From Phyllobates terribilis (Eukaryota): 64,000 nt of DNA. Under the pieces are notes generated by a model. That model searched no databases and was not told the origin of the DNA. It saw nothing but the letters and a program-made list of their open reading frames with translations. A program made the translations under genes and the position numbers. The stretch is from the NCBI RefSeq assembly GCF_046119375.1, contig NW_027362764.1, positions 804,636,001-804,700,000 on the forward strand, written 5' to 3'. Shown here piece by piece: positions 1 to 11,445 of this stretch (its first letter is position 1; each line of letters starts with the position of its first letter).

Positions 1-388
1 GGACAGGACTGTAGACAGACTGTCGGGCTGGAGAGTAGTCAGGCTGGCGGACTGGACTGAAGATTAGACTGGCGGACAGGATTGACTTGCAGAGGACCTA
101 AGGGCTGAAGCAAAGAAAGTATCAAAAAGCAACAACCTTGCACGGGCACCTCCATATTGGAGGAGGTGCCTTCTATAGTGAAAGTCCTCCGGCCATTGGC
201 CGGGGACTTTTTAGGACGGCACGCGCGGCCCCTTTAAGAGGGAGGGAGCACGCATTCCAAGCACAGAGCCTGGGAAGCTGCGTGCACCAGCAGCAGCTGC
301 AGGGAGGCCGGAAGATGCCAGAGCAGGACTGCAGCGCTAAGGGGGACGACATCTCAGCCTAGCAGGGGGCAGAGATGCCGATGCTACA
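1..388 (-). mobile_element. Gypsy 3' LTR (runs off the window start)
   Basis: On the minus strand a purine tract (AGGGAGGGGT, 391-400) follows the integrase end and precedes a TGT start at 388. Confidence 0.7.
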
Positions 389-1520
389 GTACCCCTCCCT
401 TTACACCCCCTCTTTTTCAAGCCAGCAAGAAATTCTTTAAGGAGAAGAGGGGCATGGATGTTCTCCCTGGGTTCCCAAGACTTCTCCTCCGGGCCAAAAT
501 GTTCTCTACCTCATAGACGTCCTCAGCGGAGACTGGAGCTGGGGAGGTACCTGGATCGTCAGAAAAAGAATTAAGAACAACTGCTTTGAGGAGAGATACG
601 TGGAAGGAGTTGGGAATCCGTAAGGTGGCCGGGAGTTTGAGTTTGTAAGCCACAGGATTGAATTGCTTGAGAACCTCAAACGGGCCGATGAACCGCGGAC
701 CCAACTTATACGATGGTATTTTGAGCCGAACATGTTTGGAGGAGAGCCAGACCATGTCTCCCGGACCGAATTGAGGTGGATCCAGACGTCTCTTATCAGC
801 ATGTCTCTTCATCCGCTCAGAGGACTGAAGAAGTGCGGATCTAGTGTCTTCCCAAATAGTAGAAAATTCGCTGACCAGAGACTCCGCGGCAGGATTGTCC
901 ACAGAAGCGGAGACGGGAAAAGGAATCCAGGGGTGTTGTCCGTAGACCACAAAGAACAGGGATTTGGAAGAAGACTCACTCTCATGGTTGTTATAGGAGA
1001 ACTAGGCCCATTGTAGGAGCTCAACCCAGTGGTTATGGTGAGTGTTGACGAAATGCTGGAGAAAGCTGGTAAGGACCTGGTTGATACGTTCCACTTGACC
1101 ATTGGACTGAGGATGATAAGCAGAGGAGAAATCCAAGGAGACATCCAGCAGCTTACACGTAGCTCTCCAAAAGCACGCAGTGAACTGGACCCCTCGATCA
1201 GACACAATGTGGAGGGGTGGGCCGTGGAGATGAAAGATGTGATGGATGAAGTCCTTAGCCAGCACAGATGCGGACGGGAGACCAGGCAGAGGGATGAAGT
1301 GGGCCATTTTAGAAAAGCGGTCAGCGACCAACCAAATGACTGTACAACCGGCAGAAACAGGAAGATCAGTAATAAAGTCCATAGCAATGTGTGGCCACGG
1401 AGCGGAAGGTACGGGAAGAGGCAGGAGACGGCCGGCTGGAAGACGTCTGGGAACTTTGTTACGGGCACAAGAGGAACAAGCCGTGACGAAATTCGCAACG
1501 TCCTTGAGTAGAGAAGGCCA
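389..1520 (-). pseudogene. Chromovirus-type Gypsy integrase with chromodomain, fragmented
   Basis: ORF 1002-1382 has integrase core motifs (MDFITDLP, VADRFSKMAHF, IVSDRGVQFT, AYHPQSNGQVER). ORF 417-950 has the GPY/F region (KLGPRFIGPFEV, FHVSLLK) and a chromodomain start (VYEVENIL). The element is truncated by the satellite at about 1525. Confidence 0.92.
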
Positions 1521-1524
1521 CCAG

Positions 1525-2505
1525 TATCAGGACGTACAGCAGTATGTGGGGGTATCAAGACGTACAGCAGTATGTGGGGGTATCAGGACGTACAGCACTA
1601 TGTGGGGGTATCAGGACGTACAGCACTATGTGGGGGTATCAGGACGTACAGCACTATGTGGGGGTATCAGGACATACAGCAGTATGTGGGGGTATCAGGA
1701 CGTACAGCAGTATGTGGGGGTATCAGGACGTACAGCAGTATGTGGGGGTATCAGGACGTACAGCAGTATGTGGGGGTATCAGGACGTACAGCAGTATGTG
1801 GGGGTATCAGGACGTACAGCAGTATGTGGGGGTATCAGGACGTACAGCACTATGTGGGGGTATCAGGACGTACAGCACTATGTGGGGGTATCAGGACGTA
1901 CTGCACTATGTGGGGGTATCAGGACGTACAGCACTATGTGGGGGTATCAGGACGTACAGCAGTATGTGGGGGTATCAGGACGTACAGCAGTATGTGGGGG
2001 TATCAGGACGTACAGCAGTATGTGGGGGTATCAGGACGTACAGCAGTATGTGGGGGTATCAGGACGTACAGCAGTATGTGGGGGTATCAGGACGTACAGC
2101 ACTATGTGGGGGTATCAGGACGTACAGCAGTATGTGGGGGTATCAGGACGTACAGCACTATGTGGGGGTATCAGGACGTACAGCACTATGTGGGGGTATC
2201 AGGACGTACAGCACTATGTGGGGGTATCAGGACGTACAGCACTATGTGGGGGTATCAGGACGTACTGCACTATGTGGGGGTATCAGGACGTACAGCACTA
2301 TGTGGGGGTATCAGGACGTACAGCAGTATGTGGGGGTATCAGGACGTACAGCAGTATGTGGGGGTATCAGGACGTACAGCAGTATGTGGGGGTATCAGGA
2401 CGTACAGCAGTATGTGGGGGTATCAGGACGTACAGCAGTATGTGGGGGTATCAGGACGTACAGCACTATATGGGGGTATCAGGACGTACAGCACTATATG
2501 GGGGT
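1525..2505. repeat. 28-bp minisatellite (TATCAGGACGTACAGCAGTATGTGGGGG)n, about 35 copies
   Basis: Directly visible tandem unit with a CAGT/CACT variant position. Confidence 0.97.
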
Positions 2506-3494
2506 ACTGGCAGCCACTGATCTCCGAGCTCCTATATTGTGGTGGCTTCTCCCATCCTGCAGCACATGGAGCATCACCCCCATCATTCATCTATCACCAA
2601 ACAGGATGATCTGCTCATCGCTCTGCAGACAATACCCCCCCTCACTTCCAGGTACATTAACCCCTTCCCGGCAGTTCCCTCCGCTCCTGGCTCTGGTGCA
2701 GACACTGCGGCTTTATCATTAACCCCTGGCTGTCCTATGATTACATACGGGAGCACAGAGCCGTCACCCCCGTCCACACGGCTGACTCCCACCCTCCGTT
2801 ACCTGCCCGGATTCTCCACCCTGTCCATCAGTGACCTGGGCGTTGGGTCCTAGTGCCGCCAGCAATGCTCTGCCGATTACACAGATCGTCCCTCATATAA
2901 TCTATGATAATAGATGAAGGTGAACGCTTCTGTGATCGGGGGATGTGATCTGCCGACTACACCGGACACCTCTCCTCCCCGGGGCCGGAGCGGCTCTCCC
3001 GCTCATTACGCGGAGATGACACGACCCTCGTATACAGAGATCCCGCTCCATGTACAGTGACCGGTAATAACCGCACGAGAACCGCTCGTCCTGACACCGC
3101 GTGAAGAGAAAGAGCGTGAGAAGCGGAGAGTGACTGAGCGGGAAGCTGAAACTCACCAAAGCTCCTGAGGATGATTGTGCGGAGGAAGCAGCAGATGAGC
3201 GCTGACAGCTCTATTCTATACAGACACGATCACACCATGTCTACATGCGGCTTCTACAGCAGGAGCCGCCGATGTCACTGTATGTCTATATACCCGGCAC
3301 ACGGAGCTGTACAGCGGCTCCTCGATCAGTCGAAACATAGAAAAGCCTCACACTCCCCTTTCACTATTACAGACGCGGGTTACAAGCGGTGATTGATCAG
3401 GATGTAAGAAATAAGATTTCTGCAGGACATCGGCCCCTTCCCTCCAATAACTAATGACCCTGAAGCAGCTCCCTGTACACACTATAATATCTGC

Positions 3495-3977
3495 CGGGAA
3501 CAAGGCGGTGGCACTGATCATACAGCTCTGCAGGGACAAGGTGATGGCACTGATCATACAGCTCTGCAGGGACAAGGTGGTGGCACTGATCATACAGCTC
3601 TGCAGGGACAAGGTGGTGACACTGATCATACAGCTCTGCAGGGACAAGGTGGTGACACTGATCATACAGCTCTGCAGGGACAAGGTGGTGACACTGATCA
3701 TACAGCTCTGCAGGGACAAGGTGGTGACACTGATCATACAGCTCTGCAGGGACAAGGTGGTGACACTGACCATACAGCTCTGCAGGGTCAAGGTGGTGAC
3801 ACTGACCATACAGCTCTGCAGGGTCAAGGTGGTGACACTGACCATACAGCTCTGCAGGGTCAAGGTGGTGACACTGACCATACAGCTCTGCAGGGACAAG
3901 GTGGTGACACTGATCATACAGCTCTGCAGGGACAAGGTGGTGACACTGATCATACAGCTCTGCAGGGACAAGGTGGT
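3495..3977 (-). repeat. 36-bp tandem array (13 full copies plus a partial) derived from the H1 3' processing region
   Basis: CAGGGACAAG recurs every 36 bp from 3531 to 3963. The array abuts the H1 stem-loop. Confidence 0.95.
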
Positions 3978-3993
3978 GGCTCTGATAAGAGCC
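3978..3993 (-). terminator. Histone 3' stem-loop of H1 (GGCTCTTATCAGAGCC)
   Basis: Matches the canonical 16-nt SLBP hairpin. It lies 30 nt after the stop and is followed by ACCACC and an HDE-like AGAGCTGTA. Confidence 0.95.
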
Positions 3994-4023
3994 TTTGTGG
4001 TGTAATAACAGGACGGCTTTGGA

Positions 4024-4665
4024 TTATTTCTTGGCCGCGGGCTTCTTGGCTTTAGTAGCCTTCTTAGCTGGACTCTTGGCAGCTTTGGGTTTGGCCGCCT
4101 TCTTAGCCGGGCTTTTAGTCACTTTCTTGGGCTTCGGAGCGGGCTTCGGCTTCTTGGGGCTCTTGGCTGCCTTCTTTGCCGCGGCTGCTGCGGGCTTCTT
4201 GGTCTTTTTCGGGCTTTTCTTGGACGCGGTCGGAGCCTTCTTGAGTTTCTTTGGGGATTTGGCCGCGAGTTTCTTGGGCTTGGCCGCAGGCGCTGGCTGC
4301 TTCTTGGCCGGTTTGTCTTTAGTCTCCTGCTTCTTATTCAGCTTGAAGGAGCCGGAGGCGCCGCTGCCCTTCACCTGGAGCAGGGCGCCCTTGGTGACCA
4401 GAGACCTGACGGCCAGCTTCAGGCGGCTGTTGTTCTTCTCCACATCGTACCCGCCGGCAGCCAGAGCCTTCTTCAGGGCGGCCAGAGACACCCCGCTGCG
4501 CTCCTTAGAGGCGGACACGGCTTTGACGATCAGCTCGGACACGCTGGGACCGGAGGGTTTCTTGCTCTTCTTGGCGCCCCCTGCGGCGGATTTCTTCGGC
4601 TGCTTCTTGGCTTTGGCGGCCGGTTCGGCGGGAGGAGGAGCGGCGGCTGGCGCGGTCTCTGCCAT
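4024..4665 (-). CDS. H1: Somatic linker histone H1 (213 aa)
   Basis: Starts [18 protein letters not shown], has the globular domain ([37 protein letters not shown]...[11 protein letters not shown]) and a K/A/P-rich tail. The ATG is at 4665, not the track's 4710. Confidence 0.97.
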   Translation of the reverse strand: MAETAPAAAPPPAEPAAKAKKQPKKSAAGGAKKSKKPSGPSVSELIVKAVSASKERSGVSLAALKKALAAGGYDVEKNNSRLKLAVRSLVTKGALLQVKGSGASGSFKLNKKQETKDKPAKKQPAPAAKPKKLAAKSPKKLKKAPTASKKSPKKTKKPAAAAAKKAAKSPKKPKPAPKPKKVTKSPAKKAAKPKAAKSPAKKATKAKKPAAKK

Positions 4666-4732
4666 CGTGTGATGAGGAACAGACACAAGAATCTCCTGGA
4701 AGAAAAACACTGAGGACGGAGCTGGAGGCGCC

Positions 4733-4816
4733 TCTTATATATAGTCACACTGCGCACTGATTGGCTGCCTCCTCCTGAGCTTCTATTGGCTGACACTGGA
4801 CACAGGCCCCGCCCCC
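4733..4816 (-). promoter_or_regulatory. H1 promoter: TATA, two CCAAT boxes and a GC box
   Basis: On the minus strand: TATATAAG (about 4735-4742), CCAAT at about 4760-4764 and 4785-4789, and GGGGCGGGG at about 4807-4815. Confidence 0.75.
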
Positions 4817-5307
4817 TATTGTCTGAGCCGAGTGAAGCTCCGCTCTCCCTTGTGCTTCCCTGCCAAGGATAAGAGCCCATTACCGGCCAGGACCGGGCAG
4901 CAGAGCGCGCTTCCTCCGTGTCCTCCTCCTCCCTGACATCTCCCCTACATGTCTACAGCCGTCACTGGCGGAGGAGGAGGCAGGAAGGAGCCGGAGGAGC
5001 CGGGATCTCCCCATAGTCCTCCCGGGCTGCACCTCACTGTGTATCTACAGAGATAAAACCGCTGCGGGAGCTCGTCCCTTCTATTCCCGGCACCGGTCAC
5101 CATCACCGGGATCTGTACCCCGATCTGTATCGTGCAGGAAGCTGATTGTACGATGTGAGGACGACCTGGATCTGCTGAGAGGCCGGAAGGAGACACAGAC
5201 GGCGGCTCCGCTCCCTGCAGCTCCTCTCCTGTTATATATATCCAGTGTGTGCAGTGTATGGGGGACACAGGCGGCTCCGCTCCCTGCAGCTCCTCTCCTG
5301 TTATATA

Positions 5308-5550
5308 CAGTACACACCTTATCATTTAAAGAGAATGCAAAGCAGTCATCAAAGCAAAAGGTGGCTACTGTGAAGAACCTAGAATATAAGACATATTTTC
5401 AGTTGTTTCACACTTTTTTTGTTAAGTATATAATTCCACATGTGGTAATTCATAGTTTTGATGCCTTGAGTGTGAATGTACAATTTTCATAGTCATGAAA
5501 ATACAGAAAAATCTTTAAATGAGAAGGTGTGTCCAAACTTTTGGTTTGTA

Positions 5551-5553
<3 letters not shown>
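5308..5553. mobile_element. Internally deleted Tc1 derivative of the family at 40237-41862
   Basis: Starts TA|CAGTAC..ACACCTT.TCATTTAAAG and ends GTGTCCAAACTTTTGGTTTGTACTG. The body matches the right TIR of the 40237 element. Confidence 0.85.

Positions 5554-5555
<2 letters not shown>

Positions 5556-5616
<61 letters not shown>
5556..5616. repeat. (TA)n microsatellite, about 30 units
   Basis: Directly visible, next to the Tc1 terminus. Confidence 0.98.
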
Positions 5617-5619
<3 letters not shown>

Positions 5620-7570
5620 GTGTGTGCAGTGTATTGGGGACACAGGCGGCTCCTCTCCCTGCAGTTCCTCTCCTGTTATATATATAAATCTAGCGTGTGC
5701 AGTGCTAGACTCTGAAAGTCACAAAGCCTATTTTTATAAGGCCATCAGGCGGCCCTTACTATTCTTAAAAGGCCAGCAGTCGGCCCTCTCTATTTTTAGA
5801 GAGCCATCAGCCGGCTATGCTTTGTTGTTCCCATTATTAACAAGTGGGTCTCCTATACTGTTATTGCGTATACAGTGATTGCAAGGGCTGCCAAAAATTC
5901 GGATGCAACCCAATACCCCTTTGAAGAGACATAGAGGAGGGTCTCAGTAAAAAAAATGTTCCCATTATAAAGAAGCGGGTCTCCTATAGTGGTAATGCCC
6001 ACGCTGTGACTGCAAGGGCTGCAAAAATTTGGCAAAAACACCACTAACAATTTAAAGACACACAGAGCAGGGCCACAGTAACAAGGTAGGACATCTTCCC
6101 ATTAAAAGTCCCACAATTTAACCCCTTAATAACATCTGACGTACTAATACGCGTCTGTGCCCTGGGACTTAAGAGCCAGACCCGTATTAGTACGTCATCG
6201 CGATCGCGCGCGCACACAGGCTGTGCGGGCGCGATCGCCGCCGGGTGTCAGCTGATTGTCACAGCTGACACCCGGTACTATGTGCAGGGAGCGGTACTGC
6301 ACCGCTCCCAGCACATTAACCCCCGCGATGCTGCGATCGAAGTCGATCGCGGCATTGCGGGGGCAAGGGGAGGTGATCGGCGATACTCACCTCCTCTTCC
6401 GGCTTCCAGCGCAGTCTGCAAAGGCTTCCCGGGTGTTGCCATGACGACCCGATGTCGTCATGACAACATCCGGGTCACCAGAGAGCAGGAAGATTGCTTG
6501 GGCATGCCGAGTGCATCTCCAAGCAGTCTTCACACTGTGCACTTCTGACAGCCTTCATGGCATAGGGGTGGTGCTTCATTCCTGTGCCATACAGGCGATC
6601 AGAAAAAAAAAAGTGAAAGTCCCAGAGTGGGACAAAGTAATAAAGTGTATAAACTGTGTGAAAATGGAAAAAAAAAAAAAAATGTGCAGAAATATTATAA
6701 AAAAATAATACACCAAAAATAAAAATATAATGTACCCATCAATAAATATTATTATAAAAAAAAAAACAATAAAAGTACACATATTTGGTATCGCCGCGTC
6801 CGGAACAACCTGACCTATAAAACTGTCCCACTAGTTAACCCCTTCAGTGAACACGGTAAAAAAAAAAAAAACGAAGCAAAAAACAATGCTTTATCACCAT
6901 ACCGCCAAACAAAAAGTGGAATAACACGCGATCAAAAAGACGCATATAGATAAAAATGATACCGCTGAAAACGTCATCTCGTCCCGCAAAAAACAAGCCA
7001 CCATACATCTCCATCAGCCGAAAAATAAAAAAGTTATAGCTCTCAGAATAAAGCGATGCTAAAAAATATTTTTTTCTATAAAATAGCTTTTATTGTGTAT
7101 AAGCGCCAAAACATAGAAAAATAATACAAATGTGGTACCGCTGTAAACGTACTGACCCGAAGAATAAAGCTACCTCATCAATTTTACCACACGCGGAACA
7201 GAATTAAAAAAAAAAAAAATAAAACAATTCCTGAATTGTTGGTTTTTGTTTATTCTGCCTCCCAAAAATCGGAATAGAAAGCGATCAAAAAATGTCACGT
7301 GCCTGAAAATGGCACCAATAACAACGTCAAGTCATCCCGCAAAAAACGAGCCGTCACATGACTGTCTGCCAAAATCTGGAAAAATTATAGCTCTCAAAAT
7401 ATGGCGATGCAAAAACTAGATTTTACAAAAAATGCGTCTTTTAGTGTGTGACAGCTGTCAGTCATAAAAACCCCATATGATTCTGGCATTGCTGTAATCA
7501 CACCGACCCGAAGAATAAAGTCGTCTAATCACTTATACCGCACAAGGAACAGCGTCAAAAATAAACTCTT

Positions 7571-7667
7571 GGGTTAGGATTGGGCTAGGGTTAGGGCTGG
7601 GTTTGGGGCTAGGGTTGTGCTAGGGTTAGGGCTAGGGTTGTGCTAGGGTTAGGGCTGGGGTTGGGAT
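7571..7667 (+). repeat. Degenerate telomere-like (TTAGGG/CTAGGG/TTGGGG) patch
   Basis: GGGTTAGGGCTAGGGTTGTGCTAGGGTTAGGG-type sequence is visible. Confidence 0.7.
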
Positions 7668-7707
7668 TTTTTTCAAAAGTAAGAAAAAAAGATGACGATA
7701 TGGTGAC

Positions 7708-8006
7708 TAGTGTTGAGAGCAAGTGCTCGCTACTTGAGTTTGCATCGGGTGCTCTGGTATGCATTGAGTATCGTGGGTATTTGAGTGACATGCTCGAGTC
7801 TCTGCCCCATATGCTTCGCGGCCAAAAAACTTTACGTGGATTGCCTGCAATGCACGAGCGATCCCCGCATGTTTTTTTTGGGTGTCTAATAACCGTGAAA
7901 CATGCGGAGCAGGGACTCGAGCATGTCACTCGAGCACACGCTGTACATGGTGCATACCTGAGAACCCGATGCAAACTCAAGTAGCGAGCACTTGTGCTCA
8001 AGAATA
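7708..8006. mobile_element. hAT-type MITE (about 300 bp)
   Basis: About 45-bp inverted ends (TAGTGTTGAGAGCAAGTGCTCGCTACTTGAGTTTGCATCGGG / CCCGATGCAAACTCAAGTAGCGAGCACTTGTGCTCAAGAATA). Degenerate 8-bp flanks ATGGTGAC / ATGACAAC. Confidence 0.75.
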
Positions 8007-8049
8007 ATGACAACTTATTCAATATGATGACCTAATGTAAACAAATTCT

Positions 8050-9700
8050 GTGCCGTACCTCTGGGTTCAAAATGTTCACTATACACCTTAATAAAATCCT
8101 TGAGGGGTATAGTTTCCAAAATGGGGACACTTGTGGGGGAGCTCCACTGTTTAGGCACATCACGGGCTCTCCAAACGCGACATGGTGTCCGCTAACAAAT
8201 TGAATGGAAAATCGGCTCAAATTGTTAGCGGACGCCATGTTGCGTTTGGAGAGCTCCTGTGTGCCTAAACATTGGAGCTCCCCCACAAGTGACCCCATTT
8301 TGGAAACTAGACCCCCCAAGGCACCTATCTAGATGCATAGTGAGCACTTTGAACCCCCAGGTGCTTCACAAATTGATTCGTAAAAATGAAAAAAAAACAC
8401 TTTTTCATTTTTATGAATCAATTTGTGAAGCACCTGGGGTTCCAAGTGCTCACTATGAATCTAGATAGGTGCCTTGGGGGGGTCTAGTTTCCAAAATGGG
8501 GTCACTTGTGGGGGAGCTCCAATGTTTGGGCACACAGGGACTCTCCAAATGCAACATGATATCCGCTAACAAATTGTCGGCTCAATTTGTTAGCGGATAT
8601 CATGTTGCATTTGGAGAGTCCCTGTGTGGCCAAACATTGGAGCTCCCCCACAAGTGACCCCATTTTGGAAACTAGACCCCCCAAGGCACCTATCTAGATG
8701 CATAGTGAGCACTTGGAACCCCAGGTGTTTCACAAATTGATTCATAAAAATGAAAAAGTGTTTTTTTTTTCACTTTTTCATTTTTACGAATCAATTTGTG
8801 AAGCACCTGGGGGCTCCAAGTGCTCACTATGCATCTAGAAAGGTGCCTTGGGGGGTCTAGTTTCCAAAATGGGGTCACTTGTGGGGGAGCTCCAAAGTTT
8901 GGGCACAGAGGGGCTCTCCAAACGCAATGTGGTGTCCGCTAACAATTTGACCCGATTTTCCATTCATTTTGTTAGCGGATACCATGTTGCATTTAGAGAG
9001 TCCCTGTGTGCCCAAACATTGGAGCTCCCCCACAAGTGACCCCATTTTGGAAACTAGACCCCCCAAGGCACCTATCTAGATGCATAGTGAGCACTTGGAA
9101 CCCCCAGGTGCTTCACAAATTGATTCGTAAAAATGAAAAAGTGAAAAAAAAACACTTTTTCATTTTTATGAATCAATTTATGAAGCACCTGGGGTTCCAA
9201 GTGCTCACTATGAATCTAGATAGGTGCCTTGGGGGGTCTAGTTTCCAAAATGGGGTCACTTGTGGGGGAGCTCCAATGTTTGGGCACACAGGGACTCTCC
9301 AAATGCAACATGATATCCGCTAACAAATTGTCGGCTCAATTTGTTAGCGGATATCATGTTGCATTTGGAGAGTCCCTGTGTGGCTAAACATTGGAGCTCC
9401 CCCACAAGTGACCCCATTTTGGAAACTAGACCCCCCAAGGCACCTATCTAGATGCACAGTGAGCACTTGGAACCCCAGGTGTTTCACAAATTGATTCATA
9501 AAAATGAAAAAGTGTTTTTTTTTTCACTTTTTCATTTTTACGAATCAATTTGTGAAGCACCTGGGGGTTCCAAGTGCTCACTATGCATCTATAAAGGTGC
9601 CTTGGGGGGTCTAGTTTCCAAAATGGGGTCACTTGTGGGGGAGCTCCAAAGTTTGTGCACACAGGGGCTCTCCAAACACAACATGGCGTCCGCTAATTAT
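8050..9700. repeat. Array of alternating inverted (fold-back) repeats of about 185 bp
   Basis: CCCCACAAGTGACCCCATTTTGGAAACTAGACCCCCC alternates with its reverse complement about nine times. A 754-bp block repeats (about 8469 and 9223). Confidence 0.9.
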
Positions 9701-11445
9701 TCAAGCAAATTTTACAATCAAAAAGTCAAATGGCGCTCCTTCCCTTCCGAGCCCTGCCGTGCGCCCAAACAGTGTTTTTTCCCCAAATATTGGGTATCTG
9801 CGTGCCCAGGGGAAATTGCACAACAAATTTTGGGGTCCATTTTTTCTTGTTACCCCTGTGAAAATAAAAAAAATTGGGTCTAAAGTAACATTTTTGTGAA
9901 AAAAGTTAAACGTTCATTTTTTTCTTCCACATTCAAAAAATTCCTGTGAAGCACCTGAAGGGTTAATAAAGTTCTTGAATGTGGTTTTGAGCACCTTGAG
10001 GGGTGCAGTTTTTAGAATGGTGTCACTTTTGGGTATTTTCTGTCAAAAAGACCTCTCCAAGTGACTTCAAATGTGATGTGGTCCCTAAAAAAATGGTTTT
10101 GTAAATTTTGTTGGAAAAATGAGAAATCGCTGGTCAACTTTTAACCCTTATAGCTCCCTAACAAAAAAAAATTTGGGTTCCAAAATTGTGCTGATGTAAA
10201 GTAGACATGTGGGAAATGTTATTTATTAACTCTTTTGTGTGACATATCGCTCTGATTTCAGGGCTTAAAAATTCTAATTTTGAAAATTGCAAAATTTTTG
10301 CCAAATTTCCGTTTTTTTTCACAGATAAACGCAAGTGATATCGAAGAAATTTTTCCACAATCATGAAGTACAATATGTCACGAAAAACAATCTCAGAATC
10401 AGGGGGATCCGTTGAAGCGTTCCAGAGTAATTACCTCATAAAGTGACAGTGGTCAGAATTGTAAAAATTGGCCCGGTCATTAACGTGCAAACCATTCGCG
10501 GGGCTTAAAGACACAGAGTAGGGCCACAGTAACGACAATTAGAAAGGAGTGGATCTCCCATACTGTTTGCCTATTTAGTGACTGACAAAATTATGGAGAA
10601 ACTCCAATGCCCCTTGCATGAGACAGAGGTCAAAGAGCTTCCTATAAACAATGTTCCCCTTATTAGGAAGTGGATCTCCCATAGTGTATGGCTATACAGT
10701 GAAGCAATGGCTGCCAAAAATTCGGATGCAACCCAATACCCCTTTGAAGAGACATAGAGGAGGGTCTCAGTAAAAAAAATGTTCCCATTATAAAGAAGCG
10801 GGTCTCCTATAGTGGTAATGCCCATGCTGTGACTGCAAGGGCTGCAAAAATTTGGCAAAAACACCACTAACAATTTAAAGACACACATAGCAGGGCCACA
10901 GTAACAAGGTAGGACATGTTCCCATTAGAAAGGAGAGGGTCTGCTATTCAGTTATAGGGTATGCAGTGAGTCCAATGGTTGCCAAAATTTGGTAAAAGTC
11001 CCACAAACAATTTAAAGACACAGAGTAGGGCCACAGTAACGACAATTAGAAAGGAGAGGATCTCCTATACTGTTTGCCTATTTAGTGACTGACAAAATTA
11101 TGGAGAAACTCCAATGCCCCTTGCATGAGACAGAGGTCAAAGAGCTTCCTATAAACAATGTTCCCCTTATTAGGAAGTGGATCTCCCATAGTGTATGGCT
11201 ATACAGTGAAGCAATGGCTGCCAAAAATTCGGAGGAACTCCAATGCACTTTACAAGAAACGTAGATATGTTGATATGCTACATATGGTGGTGATATGGTG
11301 ATGGAGGATGCGAAGAATGAGGAGGAAAAGAGCAAATAGACAAAATTAGGACCTGTATACCCATGTGTGAGTGTGAAGACAGAGGTGCATGGGAAAAGTT
11401 AGACCTCCCCAAACAAAGATATTTGAGTTTTTGTTACGCTGCTAT

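Larger units (their letters stand above)
6122..10504. mobile_element. Non-autonomous TTAA-inserting DNA transposon (piggyBac-like)
   Basis: TTAA at 6118-6121 and 10505-10508. Joining the flanks restores the host motif ACAATTTAAAGACACAGAGTAGGG seen at about 11007-11030. The left end is CCCCTTAA and the right TIR looks clipped. No transposase ORF. Confidence 0.7.

Noticed and set aside
1246-2722. Long repetitive ORFs (MWGYQDVQQYVGVSGRT...)
   Set aside because: They result from a stop-free 28-bp tandem repeat and have no domain content.
2520-3490. GC-rich segment below the H1 array as a gene or TE
   Set aside because: No motif recognised in any frame, so it was left unannotated.
3348-4005. Repetitive ORFs on both strands, and likewise at 19136-19907
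   Set aside because: These are translations of the 36-bp array, whose length is a multiple of three.
3995-4672. Antisense ORFs over H1, and likewise over H3 (13424-13777), H4 (15565-16464) and H2A (17924-18232)
   Set aside because: Shadow frames caused by GC-rich histone codon usage.
4666-4710. N-terminal extensions of H1, H4 (to 16548) and H2A (to 18408) in the ORF track
   Set aside because: They use non-ATG or upstream starts that overlap the 5' UTR or promoter. The canonical ATGs are at 4665, 16347 and 18381.
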